A DNA stretch of 64,000 bases from Acholeplasmataceae bacterium (GTDB lineage Bacteria; Bacillota_I; Bacilli_A; Acholeplasmatales; Acholeplasmataceae): NCBI GenBank assembly GCA_963667565.1, contig OY763415.1:1312001-1376000 (forward strand). Direction: 5' to 3'. This document shows, in pieces, positions 10,047 through 20,274 of this stretch (positions are counted from its first letter, which is position 1; every line of letters starts with the position of its first letter). The notes beneath the pieces are model-generated. The model was not told where the DNA came from. It saw only the letters and a program-made list of their open reading frames with translations, and searched no databases. Both the position numbers and the translations under genes were made by a program.

Positions 10047-10793
10047 TTAAATATCTATACTAATTGGATAATGGTCAGAAACCATCTCGCTTTTATCGCT
10101 TGTTTGATATATCCTAAGAGCTGATCTTTTTATCTTTTTATCTGTAAATATATAATCAATAGGTTGACCTTTAATGCCTAATTGAAAATTATGGAATGTA
10201 AGCAAATTAGGGTTTTGATCATCATAGCCATCTTGATAATATTCACGCATAAATTTGATGGTTTGTGTTTCAGGTGTCATATTAAAATCACCTAAAATAA
10301 TGGTCATAAAATCTTGATGGTTTTTAAGCACGTTAATATAGTTTAATAAATGCTTCGCTTGTTTTAATGTAATATCATCTGATGCATAATCCAAATGTGC
10401 GTTAAAAATACCAATAACACCTAAATTTTCTATATTTAAAATAGCATAGGTTGATATTCTCGTAAAATGACATCCATCAATTTTAGACTCAACCATTGGT
10501 GTGTCTGTAAGCCAAAACGTTCGACTGTCTATGACTTGTCCTAATTCTTTTTTAATAAAGATTGGAACAGACTCTCCACTCTCATCTCTTGGCATCACAA
10601 AAACATCATATGCATCTAGTCCTTTTTTTAAGTCATCAAGCATATGCCCTCTGACTTCTTGGAATGCAATCACATCAGGTGATTCTTTTTTTAAAAAAGC
10701 GAGGACTTTATCTTTTCTATGTGGCCATGCGTTTTCTAAGTCTGATGCAACATCTACACGTAAATTAAAACTCATGATCTTAATTAGTTTCAT
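10047..10793 (-). CDS. Endonuclease/exonuclease/phosphatase (EEP) family protein
   Basis: MSFNLR, DVIAFQE, NAHLD, LGDFN, IDYIF, SDHYP. Confidence 0.88.
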   Translation of the reverse strand: MKLIKIMSFNLRVDVASDLENAWPHRKDKVLAFLKKESPDVIAFQEVRGHMLDDLKKGLDAYDVFVMPRDESGESVPIFIKKELGQVIDSRTFWLTDTPMVESKIDGCHFTRISTYAILNIENLGVIGIFNAHLDYASDDITLKQAKHLLNYINVLKNHQDFMTIILGDFNMTPETQTIKFMREYYQDGYDDQNPNLLTFHNFQLGIKGQPIDYIFTDKKIKRSALRIYQTSDKSEMVSDHYPISIDI

Positions 10794-10803
10794 ATTAACC
10801 TCT

Positions 10804-11700
10804 TTATATGTAAGTTTTTATCGCTTTAACCAATAAATCTAATTGATCCATATGTAAACAATGCCCTGAATCTTTAAATTCAATAACCACAGGATTATTG
10901 AGCAGTCTTATATTTTCTAAAATCATATCACTTGTCACAATATTATCTTGATCAGATAATGTAAGATAAATAGGACAATTCAACTCCTTCATTCTTCCAT
11001 TACCGCTATTATATCTATTTTTTTCATTCGAAATATTGAAATTAACCCAACACCAATTGATATTCATTTGGCAACGCTCTTTAAGTGTTTCTTCAACGTA
11101 TAGTTTAAGTAGCGCTTCATCTTCCACTTTTTTTACAATGAGTAATAAGTTCTCCCAAATATTTTTAACAAACAAAGCATCCTGTCTTTTTAATGCGTTT
11201 GGAACGAATTGCATATTTGAGTCTTGTTTCATATGATCATAACTGTCAAAAACCACATGTTCTAACAGATTCCCATCTTTGTCTTTTCTCTTTGAATAAT
11301 ATCCTTTAACTGATAAACCTTCGATACTAAATAAAGATTCGACCAAATTTGGAGCAATAAGTGCAAGCTCCATTGCGACTCCAAAGCCAGTAGACCAACC
11401 CATGACATGTGCTTTATCAATATGTTTTGCTTTACAAAACAAAAATAGGTCATATGCTAAATCTCTTAGTTCAGTAAAATCATGATTAAATGATGAATCT
11501 CCAAAACCTCTCATATCAGGAGCAACGATTTTATAGTCGTCTTTAAGTGCATCAATAAGGGTAATCATTGTTAATGATGATGCCAAATTGCCATGGATAA
11601 GCAATATCGTTTTATCGCCTTTTCCTGTCTCTATATAAGCTAATCTTTCATCATTTATCAAATCAATATATTTCTTTTTAATCACGTTTGTTCCCTCCAT
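10804..11700 (-). CDS. Alpha/beta hydrolase (esterase/lipase)
   Basis: LIHGN, APDMRGFG, GWSTG nucleophile, DSGH. Confidence 0.85.
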   Translation of the reverse strand: MEGTNVIKKKYIDLINDERLAYIETGKGDKTILLIHGNLASSLTMITLIDALKDDYKIVAPDMRGFGDSSFNHDFTELRDLAYDLFLFCKAKHIDKAHVMGWSTGFGVAMELALIAPNLVESLFSIEGLSVKGYYSKRKDKDGNLLEHVVFDSYDHMKQDSNMQFVPNALKRQDALFVKNIWENLLLIVKKVEDEALLKLYVEETLKERCQMNINWCWVNFNISNEKNRYNSGNGRMKELNCPIYLTLSDQDNIVTSDMILENIRLLNNPVVIEFKDSGHCLHMDQLDLLVKAIKTYI

Positions 11701-12035
11701 TTTTATACATCATCATACCTTATGCTTGATTTGGATTTAATAAAACCAAAATCATAATGGGTAATAAATCAAGCACAATCAATAGTTTTAACACAGTCTT
11801 TATTTCTCTTTCTTTTTTTATGCATTCTTTGACTTCCTTTTGCAAATAGAAACTAAACTCACGATATAGAACCATAAATTAATCGTTGTATACTTTAACC
11901 ATTTTTGGTATATATGCATGATTTCACCCCACTACCCTCTAAATATAGCTCTATTATACATCATAAAAGTTTGTTGTTTTATGAAAGTTAATCAAAATGA
12001 TATAATAAAATTAACGATTTAAATGAGGTGTTTAT

Positions 12036-12995
12036 ATGTCTTTTTTAAAGTTTAAAAATATTGAAAAATTTCAAGGTCACCTTCACAAAAAAAGATACTT
12101 TGAAGGCTGGTATTATAAAATCATATCAAAAGATTTTAAACAAAGCATCGCACTCATCCCTGGAGTCTCTCTAAATTCTGATGATCCACATGCATTTATT
12201 CAAATATTTTATTATACATATGCTAAGACTCCTACGTTACAAACACACTATGTTAAATATGATATAAAATCTTTTTCATTTAACAAAGATGCATTTAATA
12301 TCTCCATTGCAAACAACCGTTTTTCAATGGATCAAATTCACTTAGATATTAATGATGAAGATGTCACACTAATCGGTGATATTGACATAAATCATCATAC
12401 AAAACTTAAACAAACAATTTTACAACCAAATATTATGGGTGTTTTTTCATATGTACCTAAAATGGAATGTAACCATGGCATACTTTCAATGGATTCACTT
12501 TCTTCTGGTATTCTTAAATATCAGGAGCAAACCATTGATTTTACTGATGCAAAAGTCTATATCGAAAAAGATTGGGGAAAATCATTTCCAAGCCAATATA
12601 TTTGGATGCAATCCAACCATTTTAATAAACCAAATACATCCATCATGTTTTCATATGCGACCATACCGTTTTTAGGTTTAAAATTTAAAGGTCTTATTGC
12701 ACATGTAACTACTGATCAAAGACATTACACATTTGCAACTTATAATTTTAGTCGAATTCTTAATAAAATCATTAAGTCAAATGAAGTTACTTTTAAAATT
12801 AAGAAAAGAAATTACACTTTACACATACATGCAACTTCCATAGATGCGGTTAAGCTTAAATCCCCTCATCAAGGAAAGATGATTCAAGAAATCAAAGAGG
12901 GTTTATCTGGAAAAATAGAAGTTGAACTCACACATAAAAAGAAATTATTACTTAAGGATACCGGTTTATATGCTGGTATAGAAATTATGTTTTAA
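12036..12995 (+). CDS. Tocopherol cyclase family protein
   Basis: YFEGWYYK, IMG.FSYVP.MEC.HG, YIEKDWG.SFP..YIW.Q.N.F motifs. Confidence 0.85.
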   Translation: MSFLKFKNIEKFQGHLHKKRYFEGWYYKIISKDFKQSIALIPGVSLNSDDPHAFIQIFYYTYAKTPTLQTHYVKYDIKSFSFNKDAFNISIANNRFSMDQIHLDINDEDVTLIGDIDINHHTKLKQTILQPNIMGVFSYVPKMECNHGILSMDSLSSGILKYQEQTIDFTDAKVYIEKDWGKSFPSQYIWMQSNHFNKPNTSIMFSYATIPFLGLKFKGLIAHVTTDQRHYTFATYNFSRILNKIIKSNEVTFKIKKRNYTLHIHATSIDAVKLKSPHQGKMIQEIKEGLSGKIEVELTHKKKLLLKDTGLYAGIEIMF

Positions 12996-13065
12996 AGTAA
13001 ATTTTTTTTAGTTCAAACATCGTTATGATATACTTATCATAAGAAAAGTTCAATTGAGGTGGAAG

Positions 13066-13527
13066 ATGAATCAAGAAAAGAATATATATAACCTACATAT
13101 ATTAACAGAACAGGATTTTATAACTGAGTGGTCAAAAACATATCGACAAGATGGTAAACCCGATTGGACACATATCTTTCCATTTTATGATGATGCGATT
13201 ATCTTTCAAGATTCAATCCAAAAAATCGAAGGTATTGAAGCATTTACAAAAATGACAAACCGTTTGACTAAAAGATGTAAAAGTTTAGAAATGGAAATAA
13301 AAAATATTATTAAAGATGATGATAAAATCATGATGGAATGGATCATGACCATGCGTTTTAGAATTTTTCCTAAGACATCCATGTATGGGGCATCTAGATT
13401 GTCATTAAATGGTGATGGTAAAATCACACATCAAAGAGATTACTATGATTTATGGGGTGATATTTATGATCGAGTTCCCGTATATAGACATATTTATCGC
13501 TGGTTTATGAAAACTTTCTTCGGTTAG
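13066..13527 (+). CDS. NTF2/SnoaL-like domain protein
   Basis: FYDD...FQD.I..IEG, EW.MT, G.S.L....DGKI..QRDYYD; ATG 13066 follows GAGGTGG RBS. Confidence 0.8.
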   Translation: MNQEKNIYNLHILTEQDFITEWSKTYRQDGKPDWTHIFPFYDDAIIFQDSIQKIEGIEAFTKMTNRLTKRCKSLEMEIKNIIKDDDKIMMEWIMTMRFRIFPKTSMYGASRLSLNGDGKITHQRDYYDLWGDIYDRVPVYRHIYRWFMKTFFG

Positions 13528-13538
13528 GAGTATGATTT

Positions 13539-14462
13539 ATGAAATATCCAAAACAATTACAATTTATGAAAAATGGCAAACTTAAACAACATACATCCGA
13601 CCAAAGAATGGATGGTAAATGGACAGTTGTTTCTGGATCATCATCAGGTATTGGTTTATCAACTTTAGATAAATTCGCATCCATGGGTTCAAATCTTATC
13701 ATGGTTGTAAGGAATCTCGAGAAATCAAAACCTATTCAACAACAACTTATTGATACTTATGGTGTAAAAGTTGATATCATCTTAGCTGATTTTGCTGATT
13801 TTGATAGTGTTAGAACTGCAGCATCAAAAATCATCGACACATACCCAAAAATTGATTATCTCATTAATAGTGTAGGTATTCATCAAACAAAAAAAACAAT
13901 CAGCAAACACGGCATTGAAATGGTTTATACTGTCAATCACTTAAGTGTTTTATTATTTACGATGCTTCTCGTTCCAAAACTTAAGGGTAGTGCTCCTTCA
14001 AGAATCATTCAAGTGAACTCTGAGGGACATCGTTTTTATGCACCAAAATTAAATGATCTCAATTTCAAAAGACATTTGTATACTGGTCTAAGAAGTTATG
14101 GGGCGTCAAAAACAGCACAACTTTATTCAGTATATGAGCTTGCAAGAAGATTAGAAAAAGATGATGTCACAGTGGTTGCGATGCATCCAGGTGCTGTTAA
14201 AACGCACATTGGACAAAACAATGGTTTTTTATATCGCTTCTTCTTTAAACATGTAACTTCTCATTTCTTAAAAGATGTGAAGATTTCATCTGATGCTATT
14301 CATTATTTAGCTACAGACCCTAGTATTGTTTCTGAAACTGGTAAATTTTTCAATTTAACAATTTTAGAAGAACCTGCTTCTCATGCAACTAAAAAAGAAA
14401 TGCAAAAAGCTGTTTGGACATCAAGTCTTGAAGCAATCAATTTAAGTGAGGATATGTTATGA
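13539..14462 (+). CDS. SDR family oxidoreductase (retinol dehydrogenase-like)
   Basis: SGSSSGIG, LINSVG, VNHL, YGASK catalytic motif, HPG.V.T. Confidence 0.9.
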   Translation: MKYPKQLQFMKNGKLKQHTSDQRMDGKWTVVSGSSSGIGLSTLDKFASMGSNLIMVVRNLEKSKPIQQQLIDTYGVKVDIILADFADFDSVRTAASKIIDTYPKIDYLINSVGIHQTKKTISKHGIEMVYTVNHLSVLLFTMLLVPKLKGSAPSRIIQVNSEGHRFYAPKLNDLNFKRHLYTGLRSYGASKTAQLYSVYELARRLEKDDVTVVAMHPGAVKTHIGQNNGFLYRFFFKHVTSHFLKDVKISSDAIHYLATDPSIVSETGKFFNLTILEEPASHATKKEMQKAVWTSSLEAINLSEDML

Positions 14463-16045
14463 CATATGATGTAATTATTGTTGGTGGTGGTATTGCAGGA
14501 CTTACTGCATCCGCATATTTATCAAAAGCTGGAAAAAAAGTACTTTTATGTGAAAAAGGCGAAAAGATTGGCGGTTTAGTCTCAACTTTTAACTATAAAG
14601 GTTTTACATTAGATGGAGGTATTAGAGCGATTGAAAACTCTGGTATCGTTAAGCCTATGTTAAAAGATTTAGGTATTGATGTCCCTTTTAAACGCAGTGT
14701 TGTTACTTTGGGTATCGAAGATGAAGTGATCAAAATCGAGGATTTATCATCTCTAGAAAAATACCAATCACTATTATCTAATAAGTTCCCTAATGAAAAA
14801 GATGACATCAAAAAAGTGGTTGATATGATGAAACAACTTATGAAATATATGGATATTTTATACGGTATTGATAACCCTTTATTTTTAGATATCAAACGAG
14901 ATAAAGCCTATTTCCAAAAAGAAATTCTTCCTTGGATGTTTAAATTCATGTTTACGGTTGGTAAAATCAAAAAATATCAAACGCCTGTTGAAACATATTT
15001 AGCAAATTTGACAAAAAACGAATCATTAAACAATGTGATTGCTCAACATTTTTTTAAGCAAACACCAACATTTTTCGCATTAAGTTACTTTAGTTTATAT
15101 CTAGATTATAACTACCCACTAGAGGGTACAGGTATGCTCATCGATAAAATCAATCAATTCATTTTAGATCATGGTGTTGAAATTTTATTAGATACAACAA
15201 TTGAATCTATTGATCTTAAAACAAAAACAATAAAAGATCAAAATAATGAGACTTATACATATGATCAACTTTTATGGGCAGCTGATACAAATAAGCTTTA
15301 TCAAATTGCAAACCTAGAATCAATCCCTAATAAAAAATTAAGACAAAAAGCTTTAGCATTTAAAGATGGTATTAAAAATCTTCGTGGTAGTGACTCTATT
15401 CAAACTACATATATGCTTGTTGATTTAGACCCTAGTTATTTTGAAAACATCTGTACTGCTCATTTTTTCTACACACCTAAGAAAACAGGTGATGGAAAGA
15501 TTAAAGAAACATTACCACTCGTCTTACAATCTAAAGATCAAAAAGTTTTATTTGACTGGATTAATGATTATCTTGACAACACAACATTTGAAATTTCAAT
15601 GCCCGCACTGAGAAATAGAGCACTTGCACCGGAAGGTCAAACAGGGCTCATCGTATCTACACTAATGGAATTTGATTTAGTAAAACATATTAGTGATTTA
15701 GGATTATACGATCAATACAAATCATTTATTGAACAAAAAATGGTCGATATTCTGGATGCCTCTATCTTCAAGGGATTTAAATCAAAAGTGTTTGATACAT
15801 TTGGATCTTCCCCACTTACAATTTTAAATAGAACCGGTAACAAAGATGGTGCCATTACAGGATGGGCATTTACCAATAACAATATCCCTGCAGTTACAAG
15901 TTTTCTTGGAGTTACAAAAGCTGTGAAAACATACATTCCAGATGTTGTGCAAGCCGGACAATGGTCTTATAGCCCCGCTGGACTCCCAGTGAGCATCATG
16001 ACAGGAAAAATTGCGAGTGATTATATCTTGAAAAAAACAAAATAA
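14459..16045 (+). CDS. Phytoene desaturase/CrtI-like FAD-dependent oxidoreductase
   Basis: DVIIVGGGIAGL.A..L...G..V...EK....GG, APEG, SPLT, GAITGW, AGQW..SPAGLP; ATGA overlap with SDR. Confidence 0.85.
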   Translation: MTYDVIIVGGGIAGLTASAYLSKAGKKVLLCEKGEKIGGLVSTFNYKGFTLDGGIRAIENSGIVKPMLKDLGIDVPFKRSVVTLGIEDEVIKIEDLSSLEKYQSLLSNKFPNEKDDIKKVVDMMKQLMKYMDILYGIDNPLFLDIKRDKAYFQKEILPWMFKFMFTVGKIKKYQTPVETYLANLTKNESLNNVIAQHFFKQTPTFFALSYFSLYLDYNYPLEGTGMLIDKINQFILDHGVEILLDTTIESIDLKTKTIKDQNNETYTYDQLLWAADTNKLYQIANLESIPNKKLRQKALAFKDGIKNLRGSDSIQTTYMLVDLDPSYFENICTAHFFYTPKKTGDGKIKETLPLVLQSKDQKVLFDWINDYLDNTTFEISMPALRNRALAPEGQTGLIVSTLMEFDLVKHISDLGLYDQYKSFIEQKMVDILDASIFKGFKSKVFDTFGSSPLTILNRTGNKDGAITGWAFTNNNIPAVTSFLGVTKAVKTYIPDVVQAGQWSYSPAGLPVSIMTGKIASDYILKKTK

Positions 16046-16065
16046 ACCTTCATAAAAAAAGTTTG

Positions 16066-16106
16066 AAAAAAGAACGAATTTTACACAAAAAAAGTTCGTT
16101 TTTTTT
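16066..16106 (+). terminator. Rho-independent terminator
   Basis: AAGAACGAATTTT-loop-AAAAGTTCGTT followed by T run. Confidence 0.7.
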
Positions 16107-16225
16107 ATCGCTTTTTTTTATTTTTTTAACCCCAATATAACCGCGTAACCATGCGATTATTTCAGGTTTTTAAATTCTATGAAAACATTATCAAAAAATT
16201 ATTTTAAAAAAATTAAACAAAAGTA

Positions 16226-16253
16226 TTGTAATATCAAAAAAATCATATATAAT
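16226..16253 (+). promoter_or_regulatory. Probable sigma70 promoter of pot operon
   Basis: TTGTAA-N16-TATAAT upstream of AAGGAG RBS. Confidence 0.5.
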
Positions 16254-16291
16254 ATTATCTCGTAAAATAAAATATTTAAAGGAGTACAACC

Positions 16292-17425
16292 TTGGAAAAA
16301 AAACCTCTAATTGAACTGATGAATCTCAGTAAAATTTATGATGATGAAGCTGTTGTCAAATCGATTAATCTTACCATTTATGAAAACGAGTTTGTGACCT
16401 TATTAGGTCCATCTGGTTGTGGTAAAACAACAACGCTTCGTATGATTGGTGGCTTCATTAATCCGGATGAAGGCATGATGATTATTGATGGTAAAGATTT
16501 TGGTGACATCCCACCATATGCTAGACCTATCAATACTGTATTTCAAAAATATGCATTATTCCCTCATTTGAATGTTATTGATAATGTTGCTTTTGGTCTA
16601 CACCATAGACCACTTTCATATTTAAAAATATTTTATAACAAGCAATTGACTGAAAAAAATCTTTTAGACTTATCATCCTCAAAACTTAAAAAAGAGATAG
16701 ATAAGCTTATTTATCAAGATGCAGATGCAATGCTTAAACTTGTCAAACTTGAAGGTTATAATACACGAAAAGTTGATCAACTCTCTGGTGGTCAACAACA
16801 AAGAGTTGCTTTAGCTCGTGCACTTATCAATAAACCTAAAATACTTCTTTTAGATGAACCACTTGCAGCACTTGATTTAAAATTAAGACAAAATATGCAA
16901 TATGAATTAAAAGAAATGCAACATAAGCTTGGTATAACATTCATTTTTGTTACACACGACCAAGAAGAAGCGATGACCATGTCAGACCGTATTGTTGTTA
17001 TGAGAAATGGTATCATTGAGCAACTTGGTACACCAAAATCAATTTATAATGAACCTAAAAATAGATATGTTGCTAACTTTATTGGAGAAACGAATATCTT
17101 TGAAGGTGAAATTACAAATGATCATGAAGTAACCTTCTTGAATTCCAAATTCAAATTTATTGGATATGATCAATTTGCTATCGGTGAAAAAGTTGATGTT
17201 GTCATTCGTCCTGAAGACTGGGATGTAGTCCCATCTGATAAAGCAAGCATTCACGGTGAAGTGACATTCTCTTTATTCAAAGGTGTCCATAATGAATTAG
17301 AAATCAAAGTTTTAGGTAAAACGATTACGGTCAATGACTATGAGTATTATGAAGTTGGTCAAACCATAGGATTAAAAGTTGATCCATATGAAATACATTT
17401 AATGAAGGCTGAAAACAATGGTTAA
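16292..17425 (+). CDS. potA: Spermidine/putrescine ABC transporter ATP-binding protein
   Basis: GPSGCGKTT, NTVFQKYALFPH, LSGGQQQR, DEPL.ALD.KLR; TTG start. Confidence 0.93.
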   Translation: MEKKPLIELMNLSKIYDDEAVVKSINLTIYENEFVTLLGPSGCGKTTTLRMIGGFINPDEGMMIIDGKDFGDIPPYARPINTVFQKYALFPHLNVIDNVAFGLHHRPLSYLKIFYNKQLTEKNLLDLSSSKLKKEIDKLIYQDADAMLKLVKLEGYNTRKVDQLSGGQQQRVALARALINKPKILLLDEPLAALDLKLRQNMQYELKEMQHKLGITFIFVTHDQEEAMTMSDRIVVMRNGIIEQLGTPKSIYNEPKNRYVANFIGETNIFEGEITNDHEVTFLNSKFKFIGYDQFAIGEKVDVVIRPEDWDVVPSDKASIHGEVTFSLFKGVHNELEIKVLGKTITVNDYEYYEVGQTIGLKVDPYEIHLMKAENNG

Positions 17426-18245
17426 GCAATACAGAAAATTGTCGATACCATACATCATATGGCTATCTGTGCTTGTCTTTATTCCAATGACAGCCCTCAT
17501 TTTATTAGGATTTTCGAACTTAACTTCTAGTATTCAATTATCCAATATCCAATTTTCTTTCTCTAACATTTCAATCTTTGGCGAAGAATCAACTAAAATT
17601 GCTTTTCAAAGTTCATTAAAGTATGCAGCATTAACAACACTTATTAGTTTTGTTTTAGGATATTTATTAGCATATGTCATCTATAAGTCTAAATTTAAAA
17701 ATAAATTTATGATTATGACTTTAATGATTTTACCTATGTGGTCTAATATCATCTTACGTATTGATGGTTTAGCAAGCATCATGAAAGAAAATAATATCTT
17801 AATAGATTTAATTGGATTCTCACCTGTTGGTAATTTAATTAATACACCAGTAGGGTTACTCATTGGTATGGTATTTACATACATTCCATTTATGATCTTA
17901 CCCATTTATACAGCTTTAGAAAAAATTGATCCTAATCTTGATGAAGCCTCATCAGATTTAGGGTTAACACCTTTTAAAACATTTGCATTTGTGACATTTC
18001 CTCTCTCATTTAAAGGCGTCGTCACTGGGACGATTATGGTATTTTTACCAACCTTTTCAGGATTTGCAATTCCTAAATTGCTAACACCTGGTTTACCTAA
18101 ACTATTAGGTAATATTATCGAAGAGAAATTTATATTCACAAATTATAATGTGGGAGCAATTCTTTCATCATCAGTGCTTCTACTCATCTTTGTTGCAATG
18201 TTCCTTCTACGTAAATTTGACAAGGAAGGAGAAACATTACTATGA
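17418..18245 (+). CDS. potB: Spermidine/putrescine ABC permease
   Basis: ILPMWSN, PFMILPIY..L.KID..L.EA..DLG. Confidence 0.9.
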   Translation: MVKQYRKLSIPYIIWLSVLVFIPMTALILLGFSNLTSSIQLSNIQFSFSNISIFGEESTKIAFQSSLKYAALTTLISFVLGYLLAYVIYKSKFKNKFMIMTLMILPMWSNIILRIDGLASIMKENNILIDLIGFSPVGNLINTPVGLLIGMVFTYIPFMILPIYTALEKIDPNLDEASSDLGLTPFKTFAFVTFPLSFKGVVTGTIMVFLPTFSGFAIPKLLTPGLPKLLGNIIEEKFIFTNYNVGAILSSSVLLLIFVAMFLLRKFDKEGETLL

Positions 18246-19108
18246 CAGATAAAATATATCCAAAAGCGCATATCCAAGATTATGGCTACAAGAACTATAG
18301 TTACTTAAAACCAATCATTAAAATACTTGCTATCTTATTTGCGATTGCTATGGTATTTATGTTATATCTTCCTATTTTAGTAATTGCTATAGATTCATTT
18401 AACACTGCAGGTAATGCAACAACTTTTGATGGTTTCACATTTAATTGGTACTTAAATATTGTTCATGAACCAGAATTGCTAAATGCTATTAAGAATACAT
18501 TTGTTGTTTCAATTATTGCAACAACACTTGCTACAGTTTTAGGAACGCTATTTGCTATTGGTATTGATAGACTCCCTAAAAAAATAAAAAGTCATATTGT
18601 CTTTTTAAATAATGTTCCTATATTAAACGCGGATATTGTCACAGGTTTCTCACTCATGATTATGTTTAGATTCCTTATGATCATTTTCCCAAATATTTTC
18701 GGTTTAACAACACTCGTATTAGCGCATCTCTTCTTCACGTTCCCATATGTAATCTTAAGTGTTCTACCTAAATTAAAAGAGTTAGATCCAAACTTTATCG
18801 ATGCTGCTATGGATTTGGGAGTTAAGCCTTATAAAGCCATTTACTTGATAGTTATTCCTGCTATTAAAGCTGGAATTCTCTCAGGTATGATCTTCGCATT
18901 TACGATGAGTATTGATGACTTCGTTATTAGTTTCTTCAATACTGGAGCAGGTTATGATAACTTATCCATTTGGATTTACGGTGTCATTGGACGACGAAAT
19001 CTAACACCATCAGTTTATGCATTTTCCACATTGTTAACTCTACTCACTGCAGTAGGTTTAATATCAGCAAATTTAATCCAAAGAAAGGGTAAAAAACACA
19101 CAAAATGA
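18242..19108 (+). CDS. potC: Spermidine/putrescine ABC permease
   Basis: FTFNWY, NADIVTG, PYVILSVLPKL, AFTMSIDDFVIS. Confidence 0.9.
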   Translation: MTDKIYPKAHIQDYGYKNYSYLKPIIKILAILFAIAMVFMLYLPILVIAIDSFNTAGNATTFDGFTFNWYLNIVHEPELLNAIKNTFVVSIIATTLATVLGTLFAIGIDRLPKKIKSHIVFLNNVPILNADIVTGFSLMIMFRFLMIIFPNIFGLTTLVLAHLFFTFPYVILSVLPKLKELDPNFIDAAMDLGVKPYKAIYLIVIPAIKAGILSGMIFAFTMSIDDFVISFFNTGAGYDNLSIWIYGVIGRRNLTPSVYAFSTLLTLLTAVGLISANLIQRKGKKHTK

Positions 19109-20253
19109 AAAAAATTTTCACTTTGTCACTCATAATGGTAGTGGCGATCTTCTTGGCATCTTGTAGTTCAAAACCAACCTTACGCATCCTCAACTGGGGT
19201 GAGTATATTAATGATGAGGTTGTTGCAAATTTCGAAGCAGCAACAGGTTATAATGTTATTGTTGACGTAACTGATTCAAATGAATCTTTCTACTCAAAAA
19301 TTAAAAGTGCAACAACTGCATATGATATCGTAGTTCCATCTGATTATATGGTGGAAAAAATGGTTGATGAAGATATGTTATATCAATTAGACTATAATTT
19401 ACTTCCAAATAGAGCTGATGTTACATACATGACTGGTGTTGAAGCTATCTATAATTCAATGGCTGCAACTACACTAGCTCGTACAGGAGAAACAGTTGAT
19501 TATACTAATTATGCTGTGCCCTACTTCTGGGGATCATTTGGTATCATCTATAACAATCGTGTTGCGGGATTAGAAACTGCACTACAAACCAACGGTTGGG
19601 GTGCATATTTTGATCCAACACTAGCACCTGCAGGTGTGACTCGTGGTATGTATGATGTTCCACAATTTGCTTACGCTGCTGCATCTTTCTATTTAAACCA
19701 AGATATTAATGTTGTTACTGAATCTTCATTAGCTGCTGTACAAACAGCCATCGAACAAGCAAACTTTACTGAATGGGGATTTGATATCTTAAAAAGAGAT
19801 ATTGAGTCAGATAATTTAGATTTAGCATTCACTTACACAGGTGATTACTTAGATAGATTATATATGCAACTTGATTCAGGTAAAACAATTGCTGAAGTTC
19901 AAGCAGATTTTAACATCTATATTCCAGATAACACTTTAGTATTTATTGATAACTTAGTCATTCCTAAGACTTCTCAACAAGTTGATATGGCTCATGAATT
20001 TATTAATTATTTACTTGATCCACAAGTTGTCGCTTTAAATAGTGAAGTTGTTGGATATGCTACAGGTCTTAATGAAGCTTATGATATTATTGTTGCTTAT
20101 GAAAACAGCACTGATGCTTGGTATAAAAACTGGGCTACTGCTTACCAAATTTACTATAACAAAAATGCAACTACTAATTTAGTACCTCTAACATCTTTAC
20201 CTGCTGAAGAAATCGACAAAATTATCACCATGGTAAATAACGCAAGAGTATAA
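19105..20253 (+). CDS. potD: Spermidine/putrescine-binding lipoprotein
   Basis: LASC lipobox, LNWGEYI, DSNE, YD...PSDYM, PYFWG. Confidence 0.9.
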   Translation: MKKIFTLSLIMVVAIFLASCSSKPTLRILNWGEYINDEVVANFEAATGYNVIVDVTDSNESFYSKIKSATTAYDIVVPSDYMVEKMVDEDMLYQLDYNLLPNRADVTYMTGVEAIYNSMAATTLARTGETVDYTNYAVPYFWGSFGIIYNNRVAGLETALQTNGWGAYFDPTLAPAGVTRGMYDVPQFAYAAASFYLNQDINVVTESSLAAVQTAIEQANFTEWGFDILKRDIESDNLDLAFTYTGDYLDRLYMQLDSGKTIAEVQADFNIYIPDNTLVFIDNLVIPKTSQQVDMAHEFINYLLDPQVVALNSEVVGYATGLNEAYDIIVAYENSTDAWYKNWATAYQIYYNKNATTNLVPLTSLPAEEIDKIITMVNNARV

Positions 20254-20274
20254 TTTTTAAATAACTTATTCTTT

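Noticed and set aside
11719..11919. Small minus-strand ORF MHIYQKWLKY... with RBS, possibly frameshifted
   Set aside because: Stops after 33 codons and no recognisable homology; too weak to annotate.
16137..16160. Imperfect palindrome ATAACCGCGT-AACC-ATGCGATTAT upstream of pot promoter
   Set aside because: Single occurrence, upstream of the predicted promoter so not a riboswitch; no supporting second site.
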